From positions 48,360,001-48,424,000 of the forward strand of contig NC_091475.1 in the NCBI RefSeq assembly GCF_036971445.1: a stretch of DNA of 64,000 nt, in the 5' to 3' direction. The DNA comes from Narcine bancroftii. Taxonomy: Eukaryota. Shown in pieces: positions 39,722-52,492 of this stretch. Made by a program: the position numbers and the translations under genes. Every line of letters begins with the position of its first letter. Position 1 is the stretch's first letter. Below the pieces are notes generated by a model. That model was not told where the DNA came from. It did no database searches and saw only the letters and a program-made list of their open reading frames with translations.

Positions 39722-40427
39722 CGGCTGACGGACAGAGGCTGCTTTTCTCCCCATGTTAGTATTTGCCCTTTCAACTGGAAGGGTCAGCAGAGTCGAGGTG
39801 ACTCTCCAACCTCGACTGTTCCACTTGCTTTTATTCCGTAACATTGGGTTCCAACCTGTTCTCGGATGCTTTATTGAGCATTTGGACAACCTTCAAAGGT
39901 GCACCATTCCTGTTTATATCTACGCCCGTATAAACGATGCAGTGTCCGTGCCAATGAGGAATGAGCAAAATACAAGTGAAATAATCTTTTAATCAGTTCT
40001 GCAATGATTCGGAAAGTTCTCAGATGCTGGATCTCAACAGAACATTTCTCTAACTTACTGTCAAGGTCATTGTCACTGCTGCTAAATGGAACCAGGGCTT
40101 CTGGATCCTTTCCGTGCAACCTTGCCTTACTCCGAGTCCGAATGATTGATACATCACACCATTAGAAGCAGGCGTCGTGTTCACTGGTTCATCAGCAGGG
40201 TGTCATGTCGACAGAAATGGCGATGACATGAAATCTTGTTCAAAGCAAAGAATCAACACCTCGTAGTCAAAAACTTAAATGAGTGAATAAATCATTCTGC
40301 TTCTGCGTTTTATTTTCAAAAAATACAATTCGCACATAATAAATAATTACTTTTGATCAATAATATCTCCCACCCTCATCATCCCCTTCCCCCCCCCTTT
40401 TGTTCGGGCATCTCTCGTGTTCCCCCA

Positions 40428-40463
40428 CACCTTGATGAGGGGCTCAAGCCCGAAATGTTGGTG
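40428..40463 (+). ncRNA. Minimal type I hammerhead-ribozyme-like motif in a Penelope-derived terminus (activity unknown)
   Basis: CACC-UUGAUGA-G-GGGC-UCAA-GCCC-GAAA-UG-UU-GGUG: stem I CACC/GGUG, core with C3U, stem II hairpin, GAAA, vestigial stem III. Confidence 0.5.
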
Positions 40464-40914
40464 ATGTATCTTTACTACATAAAGGCACTGTTTGACCTGC
40501 TGAGTTTCTCCAGCATTTGTGTGTTTGGAGACTAGAAATTGTAAGCACTTTTATTCCATTATTACATTAAGATGTAATTTCATGCCTTCGAATTTATCAT
40601 CACATATTACTACTTGTCATCTCCAGCCTGTCATTTACAGAAAAGGTAAATAGCAATTAGATTGATCTAGTTATTTGACATGATCATCGAATTTTAATTA
40701 TTTTGTTATTTCCAAATGGAATGATTCTGCTTTATATATCCACTCTGGCATAGCATCTCAATGGTGAGCCCAGCTGACTCCGCTCCTTGGACCCTGCCTT
40801 GGGTGCTGACTATCGAGTTTGTACATTTCCCTGTTCTCTCTGGATTTCTGCTAGGTTCTGCTTTCTTGCCACCTCCCAAAGACCTGCCCGTGTGTTAATT
40901 AGTTATTATAACAG

Positions 40915-41545
40915 AGGGATCTGGGAATACAGACACATAATTTCCTGAGTGGCATCACTGGTGGATAGGGTTATATAAAGAGGTTTTTTTTTGGCATATT
41001 GTGGTGAGGCCAAATTTGGAGTATTGTGTGAAGTTTTGGTCACCTAACTACAGGAATGACCCCAATAAGATGGAAAGATTGCAGAGAAGATATACTAGGA
41101 TGTTGCCTGACTTCAGGAACTGAGTTACAGAGAAAGGTTAAACAGGTTAGGACCTTATTCCATGGAGTTTAGATGAACGAGGGGAGATTCGATAGAGGTA
41201 ATTAAAATTATGAGGGGGATAGACAGAGTAAATGTAGGTAGGCTTTTTCCATTGAGGGTAAGCGAGATACAAACCAGAGGACATGGGTTAAGGGTGAAAG
41301 GGGAAAAGTTGAGGGGGAATTTCTTCACACAGTGTGGTGGGAGTGTACTGCAAGCTGCTAGGTGAATGCAGGCTCAATTTTAATCTTTAAGAAGAATTTG
41401 GACAGGTATGTCGATGAGAGCAGTATGGAGGGTTATGGACTGGGTGCAGGTCAGTGGGACTAAGGAAAATAAAATGGTTCAGCACAGACTAGAAGGGCTG
41501 AAGGGGCTGTAATGTTTCTATGCTGTAATGTTCTATGGCTCTATA
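40915..41545 (+). mobile_element. CR1 LINE 3' fragment
   Basis: Encodes VRPNLEYCVKFWSP and closely parallels 52540-53230. Confidence 0.75.
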
Positions 41546-42584
41546 AATTAGAGTGGCAAAGGAATCAATGGGGTGATGGGAGAGTATTTGATAATAATAG
41601 TTACAGTTCATTAGGAAACCATCTAGCCTGTTGAATAACAGCCATGTGAAGGAATAATCCAGCTGGTTTTACTTTCTGCTTGCTTCTCCTAGCGCTACAA
41701 ATTCTTCTTTTAAATCAGATAGTTGTTCAGTTCTCATTTGATTGCAATAATTTAATTGGTCTTCACTACCACCCCATCACGTCATTGTAGACCCCAGCCA
41801 ATTACCGTGTATATGTATTTAAAAAAGAAGCAAACAACAAAAATAAACAATTTTCCTCTTGTCACATTTGGTTCTTATCCAATTACTTACATTTTATGAC
41901 CTTTCAACCAATGCAAAGTATTTTTTTGCTCTACTCAATCAGTCTATACTCTTCCTGATTTTTAAATATCTCAAACAGTTCTCATAACCCCTTATCCCTT
42001 AACAAGGAGAATAAGCCACACCCTCCAGTCTAGCCATCTAACTGAAATCCACTCAGTCTTTTGCACAGTTTCCAAAGCTTTCATGTCCTTCCTGAATTGC
42101 AACACCCTGGCTGGACATAATACTCCACTTATGTTTTATATGGGTTCATCATGACTTCCTTGCAATCTAAGCCTCTGTTTTTAAAGATAAGAGTCCAGAA
42201 TGCTTTTAATTACTTTCTCAGTCTGCTGTCCCATGTTCAATGAACAATATACAAATGCCCCAAATCTCTCCCCTCTTGCATTCTTTTAGAATTATCTTCC
42301 AATTTATATTATTTTCCTTTTTCTGGTCAATTTTTATCTCAAAATATAATTGTATTGTTTAATTTTTGTATTATTGCAAGCTTTATTAAAAAATCTTAAA
42401 CAATTTATGTTCTTCTGTTCTCAAAATATAACCCTTGGCAGTAGAAACCTATTTATCACCTCTTCACCTATTCTATCAGCTTCTTTATCTCCTTTAATTC
42501 TGCCACTACCCTCACAGTTCACCAAAACTCTATATTTTATGTAATCTACAAATTTGGAAATAATGGTCTTTGCACCCATGTCAA

Positions 42585-43240
42585 ATCAAAGTATATTTAT
42601 CATCCAATTGTACCAGTACAACTTGATGAAATTGCGTTCTCCTGTCAATGGGGCAAAAATAGTGCAAACACACATACAGACAAACTATAAGTATACACAG
42701 AATTAAATACATGTTTGGTATATTAAAAATAAATATAATTCATAAATAGTAGAGCCATGTGGAGTTGTTTTAGCCGTTCAATGGTCAATCAGCTGTCTTC
42801 CTGCCCATGGGAAGAAGCTATTTTTCAGCTTGGTGGATCTGGCTCCAATATTTCTGTACCTCTTTCCTGACAGGAGTAACTGTTAGATGCAGTGTATGGG
42901 GTGGAAGGGGTCCTTACAAATTTTATGAGCTCTCTTTAAACAACAATCCTAATAAATCACATCAATGAGTAAGGAGAGTGACCTCAGTGATCCTCTCTGC
43001 CACTTTTATGGTCCTGTGGTGTGACCTCCAATCTGATGCAGTACAGCAAATACACCAGGATGCTCTTGATAAAGTTTCAGTAGAAAGTTGACAGAATGCT
43101 GGCTGGTAGCCTTGTCCATCTCAGCCTTCAAAGGAAGTTGCATTCTCTGTTGTGCCTTCCTGACAAGTAAGGAGATGTTATATGTCCAGGATAAGTCACT
43201 TCTTAAGGTGGACTCAGAGGAACTTGGTGCTCTCCATTAC
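42585..43240 (-). mobile_element. Old Rex1/Babar-like LINE 3' fragment
   Basis: The reverse complement resembles 51840-52480 (ggagagcaccaagttcct, caggaaggc.caacag, caggaccataa.ag..gcagagaggatcact). Confidence 0.55.
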
Positions 43241-43621
43241 CAAGCTATTAAAGTATAATACATAATATAATTGCTAATATATATTAAGAAAAGCAGTTGT
43301 CCTTGTACCAACCACCATGTGGGAAATTCCACTGTGCCCATACTTTCAGTCTGAATTATTTTTTAAAAATCTCATTGCTATGGAAAAACCGCTGATGATG
43401 AAATTTTGATCGAACAAAGAGAAGCTGGAGAGAATCAAAGGGTGAGGCGGTATTTTATGGAAGTGAGTCTTTTTGGTTGGCACCCTTACTTGCATGGATA
43501 CTGCCTGACCACACTCCGGCTCCCCCCACCTCTGAGACCAACTTTATTTTTTACCCTTGTCACCAGTGCCTTGTAAAACCTCAACATCACATCCCTGCTC
43601 TTGTATTCTATTCCTCTTGAA

Positions 43622-44740
43622 AAGTGATTTTGATTTTGTTCTGCACGGAAATATTTATTCATCTTGCACTGTGGGGACTGGCCAGCTATAAGTTGTTAAT
43701 AATAAGTATCTCTTCCCCTTTTGAACTTCCAAATGGTTAGATGGTGCATCCCTAACTCCGCATAAATTTGTCTGTGAGCTGCCTCTGCGTGGTTGTTGAT
43801 TTTATCCTCTCCCCTTGAGGTCCTTTCATAAAGATTCCATATCTGCACAGTGCTGGGCGTCTTCCTTGCCTATTTCTATTTGGTTGTCCACTATAATTAT
43901 CTTTGAACCAGTATAAGAGTCCTGGAGTTGATCTGTCAAAAAAATCTTCTAGTGCATCAACATGAGTTTCAATGTCATTCACTGGCACTAAGAGAGAGGA
44001 TCAATTTAGCTTTGAAGTCTGCATGTTTATTATATAGTGCTGACTTGCTCCTATGTTCTTCAGATGTTTATGAACATTATGACTCAAATGATAGAAGCAG
44101 CCTTTTAATTCCACTTGTGGAAGTGCATCTTTCATTGCTAATATGGCAGCTTGCTCAAAGTCTCAACATTGATGAAGAACCATGGAAGTAGTTTCTAAAG
44201 TTTCTTGAGCCCGGTGCTTTATGTTGGTTTTAACCTGTGCTACCTCGACTGATGCAGCAGAAGAACTGTGGTTGAGCTCACTGATTTCACAAATCACCAT
44301 TTTCCATATGAATTCATCCTTTCCCCACCAAAACACAATCAAATAATCTGCTTATTGCACTTGTCAGAAATATAAAGATAACCATTATGGGCAAATTTCT
44401 CTTTGTTTCTTGTACTTAAAATGCCAGCCATTGTAGGGTGAAATAGCACACAACGTATAAGAAAACAATCTGATATGATCCAAGGCATCAAAGTCGCCGT
44501 CAAGTGCACTGTGAGACAACTCAAACACAAAAAGCCCATCAACTAAAAGAGTGCTCGATTTAACTATAAGCAGTTAAATCATGATGGTCGCGTGATAAAT
44601 CACATGAACCTAAGTGCTTATTTGTATAATAAATTAATAAATTGTAGTGAAATCTAACGGTTAGAGCCAAATTGTCCAGCACCAAACTGTGGAGGTCAAG
44701 ATGATTGGCATCAAACTGTGGGCACCAAAATGACCTAGCC
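43622..44740 (-). mobile_element. Degenerate Mutator-like (FLYWCH-MULE) DNA transposon with internal deletion
   Basis: Minus-strand pieces: MAGILSTRNKEKFAHNGYLYISDK (FLYWCH-type start, ATG 44431), DFEQAAILAMKDALPQVELKGCFYHLSHNV (44162-~44075; catalytic D plus CxxH) and WFKDNY.G...WNLYERT..GEDKINNHAEAAHR...HLTIWKF (catalytic E region). Short subterminal repeats at 44675-44740. Confidence 0.8.
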
Positions 44741-44989
44741 ACCTTGTCAAAGACCATCTGAAGATCCAAATACACAATACCACTGCAACAGTATATGTAT
44801 TTTAAATAAATATCAGTAAATATATTTTATCCAAGTTTGGATAGATTTTTACATAGTAGGGGAATTAAGAGATTATGGGAGGGCATGTAGGTGGAGATGA
44901 GCCTATCATCAGATCAGCCATGATCTCATTGGATGGCAGATTAGGTTTGACAGGCCAGATGGCCGACACCAATTTCTTATCTCCTTATC

Positions 44990-45850
44990 TAACTGCTTGT
45001 CACTTCTTCAAGAAATCCAATAGGTCTGACAAGCTTGATTTTCCCTTAAAGAAACCTATCTTGTTGTGTACCTCCAAGTACTCCATCACCTTGCCCTTTC
45101 TGGTCCAGGAGACCTATCCATTCTTAGACAAATTCAGCTTCCTGAGCACTTTCTCCCTTGGAATAGTAACTGCACTCACTTCCCTTCCCTGATACCCTTC
45201 GATATCTGGCATATTGCTAATGTCTTCCACAGTGAAGACTGATGCAAAATACTCATCTAGTTCCTCTGCCATTTCCTTGTCTCCCATTTTTATTCCTCCT
45301 GTGTCATTTTCTACTGGCCCTTTATCTACTCTCATCTCTCTTTACTTGAAGAAGCTTTATGCATCTTCTTTAATATTATTTTCTAGCTTTCTTTCATACT
45401 TCATCTTTTCCCTCCTTACAAGATTTTAGTTACCTCCTGCAGGTTTTTAAATCTTCCCAATCCTCTATCTTCCCACCAATTTTGCTTCCTTGTACACCCT
45501 CTCCTTTTGTTTTCACATTGGCTTCGACTTCTCTTGTCAGCCCCAGTTTTTCCATTCAAGTATTTTTTTGGTGTTCCTCATTCCACCTTCTTCAATTGTT
45601 GCAGAAACTCCATCCATTGCTGCTCTGCCCCCTTCCAATCTACTTTGGCCATTCCTCTCTCTCATTCCACTGTTAATCCCTTTACTCCACTGAAATGCCA
45701 AAACATGGGTCTTTAGTTTCTCCTTGTTAAATCCATCATACTGTGATCACTGCCCCCTCTGGTTCCTTTAATCTAATCACCTCTGGAGCATTACACAACA
45801 CCCAATCCAGTACATCTGATGCCTGAATGGGTTCATCAACGAGCTGCTCT
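44990..45850 (-). mobile_element. Degenerate CR1 LINE, interrupted by the Penelope element
   Basis: ORF 45114-45335 reads DKEMAEELDEYFASVFTVED, a CR1 ORF2 linker motif. Confidence 0.7.
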
Positions 45851-45854
45851 ATGA

Positions 45855-48135
45855 AGCCATCTGTAATATGTCGGTGGAAAGCTTATTTCCCAAGATGGAG
45901 ACAGAGATCCAAGAAGGTGAGAGGGCTGTCAGAGATGGACCAGGTGAGTTTGAGATCAGGGTGGAAGCTGTCAGCGAAGTGGATGAAGTTGACAAGCTCA
46001 TCGCGGGTGCACGAGACAGCCCCAATGCAGTCATCATTAAAATGGAGGAAAAGTTGAGGGGCCTTTATCTGTGTGAGCTTGCAGAATTTTACGAAAAGCA
46101 TTCTACAAAGTCTCTCTCTTGTGGTCTCATCTATTTGCACATTAAAATCCCCCATGACTACCATGGTATAAAAAGTAAAAACTCAATGCTGGAGCAACTT
46201 AGCAGGTCATACGGTGTCAGCAAAGATAAAAATACATAAATGATGTTTCGGGCTTGATCCCTTCAACAAGGTATGGAAAAATATCAGGAGGCATCTGAAG
46301 TAAAAGGCAAGGGGGTTGGGGCATGGAGGGAGGAGCATGGTAACAAAGGCAGGAAGTAATAGGTGGAGAAGGGAGGGCACAGCTGTAAGCAGGGGACAGA
46401 GGGGTGCTGGGTGAATAGAGGGAAGGGGTGGAGAGCTGAGGAAAATAAGACAGGGGGAAGGGGGTGGAAGAGAAAGCAGGTTAGCAGAAACCAGAAAAGT
46501 TGATGTAAATGCCCTCCGGCTGGTGAGTACCCAGACAGAAAATCAGATGTTGTTCCTCCAATTTACGGGGCGATGGTACATGAGGCCGTGGACAGACTAT
46601 GGGAGTGGTTGGCCACTGGGAAGTCTGTGTCACAGGTACGGACAGAGTGAAGGTGCTTAGCGAAGTCTATCTCCCAGTCTGCACCCTGTCTCTTTGATGT
46701 AGAGAAGGCCACAAAGGGAGCATCTGATGCAGTAAATCACTCCTGCAGGTACACAAGTGAAGTGCTTCACTTGAAAGACCTGTTTGGGGCCTGGATTATG
46801 GTGAGAGAGGAGGTGTGGGTGCAAGTGTGGCAAGTCCAGTGGCCGCAGGGGAAGATGGCAGGGAGTGGTGATTGGTGGGGAAGGATGAGTGCACGAGGGA
46901 GTCATAGAGAGAGTGGTCCCTATGGAAGGCAGAGAGGGGAAGATATGTCTGGCAGTGCAAAACTGTAGTAAGTGCTGGAAACTCTGGAAGATAATGTGTT
47001 CGATGCGGAGGCTGATGGGTTGGTAGGTAAGGACAAGGGGAATCATGTGTTTGTTGCACCTGGTGGAGAGGGGGCCAGGGCAGATAAGCAGGAAATGGAG
47101 GAGATGCAGTTGAGGGCTTAGTTGATGGTGGTGGAGGGGAAGCCACATTTGTAGAAGAAGGCAGACACTTTGGAAGATCTGGATTGGAAGACCTCATCTT
47201 GGGAATAGATGCAGTGGAGACAGGTGTGAGGATGTGTAGTCGAGCAAGTTGTGGAAGTTAGTGGGTTTGTAATATATGTCGGAGGAAAGGTCATCTCCTG
47301 AGATGGAGACAGAGATCCAGGAAGGGGAGAGTGCTGTCAGAGATGGACCAGGTGAGTGTGAGATTGTGGAAGTTGGCTGCAAAGTGAATAAAGTTGACAA
47401 GGTCATTGCAGGTTCTTGGTGTGGCTGATGTAGTCATCAATATCATGGAAGAAGATTTGAGGGGTCTTGTCTGTGAAAGCTTGCAGCATGGATTTCTCCA
47501 TAAAGCCCACAAACAGGCAGGTAGCTGGGACCATGCGGGTACCCATGGCTACTCATTTGATTGAGAGGAAGGGAGAGGAGTCAAAGGATGTTGTTTAGAG
47601 TGAGGATGTTCTACCAGGCGGAGGAGGATGATGGTAGGGGGTGAATGGTCGGGCCTCTGGTCCAGAAAGAAGCAAAGGACTTTAAGACCTTCTTTTTGGA
47701 GGTATAAAAAGATTGGACATTTATTTTGAAGATGAGGCAGTCCAGTTCAGGGAATCTGAAGTCATTAAAGAGATGGAGGGTATGTGAGGTGTTGTGGATG
47801 TAGGTGGGGAGGGATTGGACCAAGGGAGTAAAGATAAAGTAAGATAAAACTGGTTCGGTGGGGAAGGGGCAAACAGAAACAATGGGTGTACCTGGATGGT
47901 TGGGTTTGTATAACTTGGGTAAAAGGTAGAAACAGGCAGTGCGAGGATGGGAGACAATTAGGTTGGAGGCCATGGGAGGGAGGTAGGCAGAAGTGATGAG
48001 GTTGGGGATGGTGTTCGAGTCAGTGGCTTGATGAGCAGTGGTGGGGTCCTGTGGAAAAGGCAAGTAGGAGGAGGTGTCTGAGAGCTGCCATCTGGCCTCA
48101 GCAAGGTAGAGGTCAGTGCTACTACTATGACATTG
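45855..48135 (-). mobile_element. Degenerate Penelope-like element (RT + GIY-YIG endonuclease) with terminal repeat segment
   Basis: HPRTACFYLLPKLYKP and TWSISD..L.FLDL (PLE RT); FTCVPAGVIYCIRCSLCGLLYIKETG (GIY-YIG with Cys motif). Terminus with hammerhead-like motif at about 46241-46272. A second copy of an RT segment lies at 45860-46090. Confidence 0.85.
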
Positions 48136-50393
48136 CCCTTCTGACATGCCTTTACTATTTGCTGACGTTATTTGTTGTCCACACCCTGGCTACTATTTGG
48201 AGGTCTGTAGATGACTGCCAACAGCCTTTTACTCTTGCCATTTCTTAACTCAACCCACAATGATCTTCTGATCCTATCTCAATTCTTTCTAATAATTTAA
48301 TGTTATTCATTACCAACAGAGCCAAACCACCCCCTTCTGTTTACTTACTTATTCTTTTGATACACTGTGTATCCTTGGACAGTCAGCTCCCAGTGACATC
48401 CACTCTTTAGCCACTACATTGTGGCTACCGATCTGTAGCTGTATCTTCAGTCTCAGATTTAAGAAGGATTATGACCTAACATTAATTTTTAACAATCGCG
48501 ATTGGTTGAAGTATTCCCCAAATTCTTCCATGAACTGTCAGATATAGTTTTTAAATTAAGCTTGTTAGTCATAAGCTCCCTGATCGGATAGAAATAGTTT
48601 CTTTCAATCAGTTCCATTTGATATTTTGAAAATGCCAGGAAATAAAATTCTAAATTGTGTTTATCTTGCCCCTTAAACACAAGTAGACATATTGCACTGT
48701 CCACAGGCCGATCGTTGCTCTCCAAGTTGATGCACGCAAGTTGCCATAATGTGATCTAATCAAGGCTGTAGATATTGGTATCTTAAGTTCTATCCCTTTC
48801 TACTCCAACTTTCTGGATAGCAAGGTCAACATTCCATTAAAATTGGATGATTTCCTTTCCATCCCCTCAAAAAAGTCACATAAAAATATAACAAGTATTT
48901 GAAACATTGATGAGTCCATGACAGGACATTAATTCACACTCTTCATGAGCTACTCAATCAGCTTCCTGTTCAGTTAAATATTTAAATTTTGTGAGCCAGA
49001 ATATCTGCTATAAATTTGTTCCCTGAGAGGTTCCAAAAATGGACTGGGAACTTTTACTTTTTCCTGACACTTCATCTGATATATCTGCTTGCTGAACAAT
49101 GCCTGGTTCATTTGGGAAGAACAAATGTGAGGAAAATGTAGATAAATTGTTGTTGATTTCTGGAATTCATTTTGTTGTTGTTCATTTGTAATGGAATGTG
49201 AATCCACCTCTCATTGCTCTTGAACTAAGGAGTGTTAACAATTGGCAGTTCTCCTTCCCTTAAACCCATCAGTTAAGCAGGTGTTTATTTTTAAATAATT
49301 TCTTGGATGAACTTTTCATTTCAGATTTTAATTTAATTACGAGTGCAACATTTCCCATTGCTTTGGTAGGAATCAAACCTTGGATCAATAGTCTGGTACC
49401 ACTGAGAGTGCAATGCCGGATGTCCTATTAGGGAATGAGACAGAAGTATGGGCAGAGGAACAGTTTGGGTCCAGTGATCATAATGCCATTAGTTTCAAAA
49501 TAATTATGAATATGGATAGGTCTGGTCCTCAAGTTGAGATTCTAAATTGGCGAAAGGACAATGTTGAGGAATTGAGGATCGGTTGAGAAAACATGGATTG
49601 AGATGTTGTTTTCTGCAAGGATGTGCTATGTAAGTAGAAGACCATCAAATGTGACACTTTGAAAGAACATAGTTTTTATTTTCCTGTGAGGCTTGAATGC
49701 CAAGTTAACAGGCATGAGGTTTGGTTTTTGTGAGATATCAGGGACCTGGTTAAGAAGAGAGAGATGTGCAGCAGGTGTAGGCAACACAGAGAAAATGAGG
49801 TACTTGAGTATAAAAATGCGGGGAAAAACTGAAGATGGAAATTAGGAAGGCTAAAAGACAGGAGGTTGCTTTGGCAGACAAGCTGAAGGAAAATTCTAAA
49901 GGCTTCTACAGGTATATTGAGAGCAAAAGGATAGTAAGGGTAAAAATTGGTCCTCAGAGTGGTCAGTTATGTAAGGATCCAGAAGACTTGGGGGATCTTG
50001 AAATTAACTTTTTACATCTGTATTTACTCAGGAAATGGGCACAGAGTTGGGGGAAGTGAGGAAAACAAGCAGTGAGGTCATGGAACTTATACAGATTAAA
50101 GAGGAGGAGGTGCTTGATGTCTTCAAGTGAATAAAGATATATAAATCTCCAGAGCATGACAGGGTATTCTCTCTGACCTTGAGGGAGGCTACTGCAGAAA
50201 TTGAAGAGGTCTGGGCAGAAATATTTAAGATATCCTTTGCCACAGGTGTGGTGCCAGAGAATTGGAGGGTACCTCACATTGTTCTGTTGTTTAAAAAAGG
50301 CTCCAAAATTCCTGGAATTTATAGGCCAGAGAGCCTGACATCAGTAGCAGATAAATTATTGAATGGCATTCTATGCAAATGAATATACAAGTA

Positions 50394-50987
50394 CAGTAGA
50401 ATCCCCATTATCTGGAAGTCAATCAAATGGAAACTCAAACAACTGGCAAAAAATAAATCCGAGGAAATAAACATTCAGCCAGCAGAGTGCCCCGGTCATG
50501 TTCCGCCTACAGCAACCATTTCAATAGAGTTGTGTTTGAATAAAATGGCAGTGCCCAGGATGAAGAGTTGGCCGATGCTGCTCGCCGCTGGGGCGACTCT
50601 CCCAAAATATCTCCCCATCCCTGCCTGGTAAGAGTCCTTGTCTTTATTGGTATTTGGTATATTAGTAACGCTTTATCTGTAAACGTGAGGACACGAGAGA
50701 GGGGATTAATTATAATGGTGACACGGTTAGTGTCGTGTTTAGTGCAACACTGTTAAAGCAACAGCAACCAGGGTTCGAATTTAACTTTTGTAAGTTACAT
50801 GAATTACCTGATTAAGATGAACTTTATATCATTAGGGACTTTTTTTTCAAATTACTTAACATTTTGTACTCTCTTTTGTCTTTGAACATTTATTCTTAAT
50901 GCAGATGTATTCATTAGGAATTGAAAGAGTAAGTCAGTCAACCGGAAAATTCGCACATTGGACATTTACGATCCCCGTAGGTGCAGA
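50394..50987. mobile_element. Possible Tc1/pogo(Tigger)-like non-autonomous DNA element inserted in CR1
   Basis: Begins TA|CAGTAGAATCCCC, a Tigger-type end, at a break in the CR1 sequence. The right TIR appears deleted. Confidence 0.45.
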
Positions 50988-51350
50988 TGGGAGATTAGTC
51001 AGAAAGGTTCAGCCACCCAGTAGTCATAGTAAAATTGGATTCAACGTTGGCTTTATGGAAGAAGCCAGAAAGTGGTAGTGGAGGATTGTCTCTCTGACTG
51101 GAAGCCTGTGACTAGTGATGTGCCTCAAAGATTGGTGTTGGGTCCATTATTGTTTGTCAGTGATACAGAATTTCATGTGGTAAATTGCATCAGCACATTT
51201 GCAGACGACATGAAGATTGGAGGTGTAGTGGACAGTGAGGAAGGATTTCAAAGTTTGAAGAGAGATATGATGCAGCTGGGAAATTGGGCTGAATAATGGC
51301 TGATGGAATTTAAAGCAGACAAATGTGAGGTGTTGCATTTTGGAAGGACA

Positions 51351-52492
51351 TCAAAGTGCACCTCCCAGAGATACTGGACCCATTTCAATTCTCCTAAAGA
51401 AGAAACCATTCCACTGATGATGTTATAGCCTTGTCCCTCCACTCTGCCCTGACTCACCTGGAGAACAATGCCTCATATACCAAGCTGTTGTTCCTTGACT
51501 TCAGCTTGGCACTTAAGGAAGCTGTCCTTACTGGGACTCAACTCTATATCTATATTCTGGATCCTACTGGAAAAACTACAGTCTATCTGGGTCGGCAGCA
51601 GAACTTGGAGCACTGGCACACTTCAGGGCTGTGTGCGTATCCTGCTTCTGTTCATGCTTTTGACCCATGACTGCATCACCAGATCCAGCTCTAACAGAGT
51701 CATCAAGTTTGCAAATGACACAACAGTAGTTGGCCTCCTCAACACAACGATGAGTCACACCACAGAGAAGAGGTGGAAAATTTCTTGACTTCAGGAGGAC
51801 CAGAAATGACCACCTTCCTCTATACATTAATAACTTGGTAGTGGAGAGAGTGGAGAGCATCCGGTTCCTCTAAGTCCACAAGAAGTGACCTATCCTGGAC
51901 ACACCACATCTTCTCATATGCCAGGAAGGTGCTACAGTGACTGGACTTCCTGAGAAGACTGAGGCAGGCAAGGCTACCGGCCAACCTTCCACAGGAGCTC
52001 TATTGAGAGTGACCTGGATGGCTGCATCACAGAGTGGTATGGTTGCTGGAGAGAATTGGATCAATCCACAGGACCATAAGAGCAGCAGAGAGGATCACTA
52101 GGGTCTCCCTCTCCCTCCCAGCCCATCGGCATGATCTACCAGGATCATTGTCTAAAGAGGGCGTGAAAAACCGATGAGGACCCCTTCCACCCAGCACAGA
52201 GCATGTTCCAGCTATTTGCATCAGGAAAGAGATACAGGAGTATCAGTGCTAGCACTACCAGTCTGAGGAACAGCTTCTTCCAGCAGGCAGTAAGAATGCT
52301 GAACTGCTCATACTGACCCTCCATGATTCTTCTATTTATTCAATAATATTTATTTATTTTATATATGTACTGCATGTGTATTGTTTGTACACTTGTATGA
52401 ATGTGTGTTTGCATGTTTTTGCACCAAGGACTGGAGATCCTGTTTGGTCATGTTGTACTTGTACAATCAATAATAATAATCCTGAAGTTGAA
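51351..52492 (+). mobile_element. 5'-truncated Rex1/Babar-like LINE inserted in CR1
   Basis: LHSALTHLENNASYTKLLFLDFS.A, QGCV, IKFANDTTVVGL; short (AAT)n-like tail. CR1 resumes at about 52493. Confidence 0.75.
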
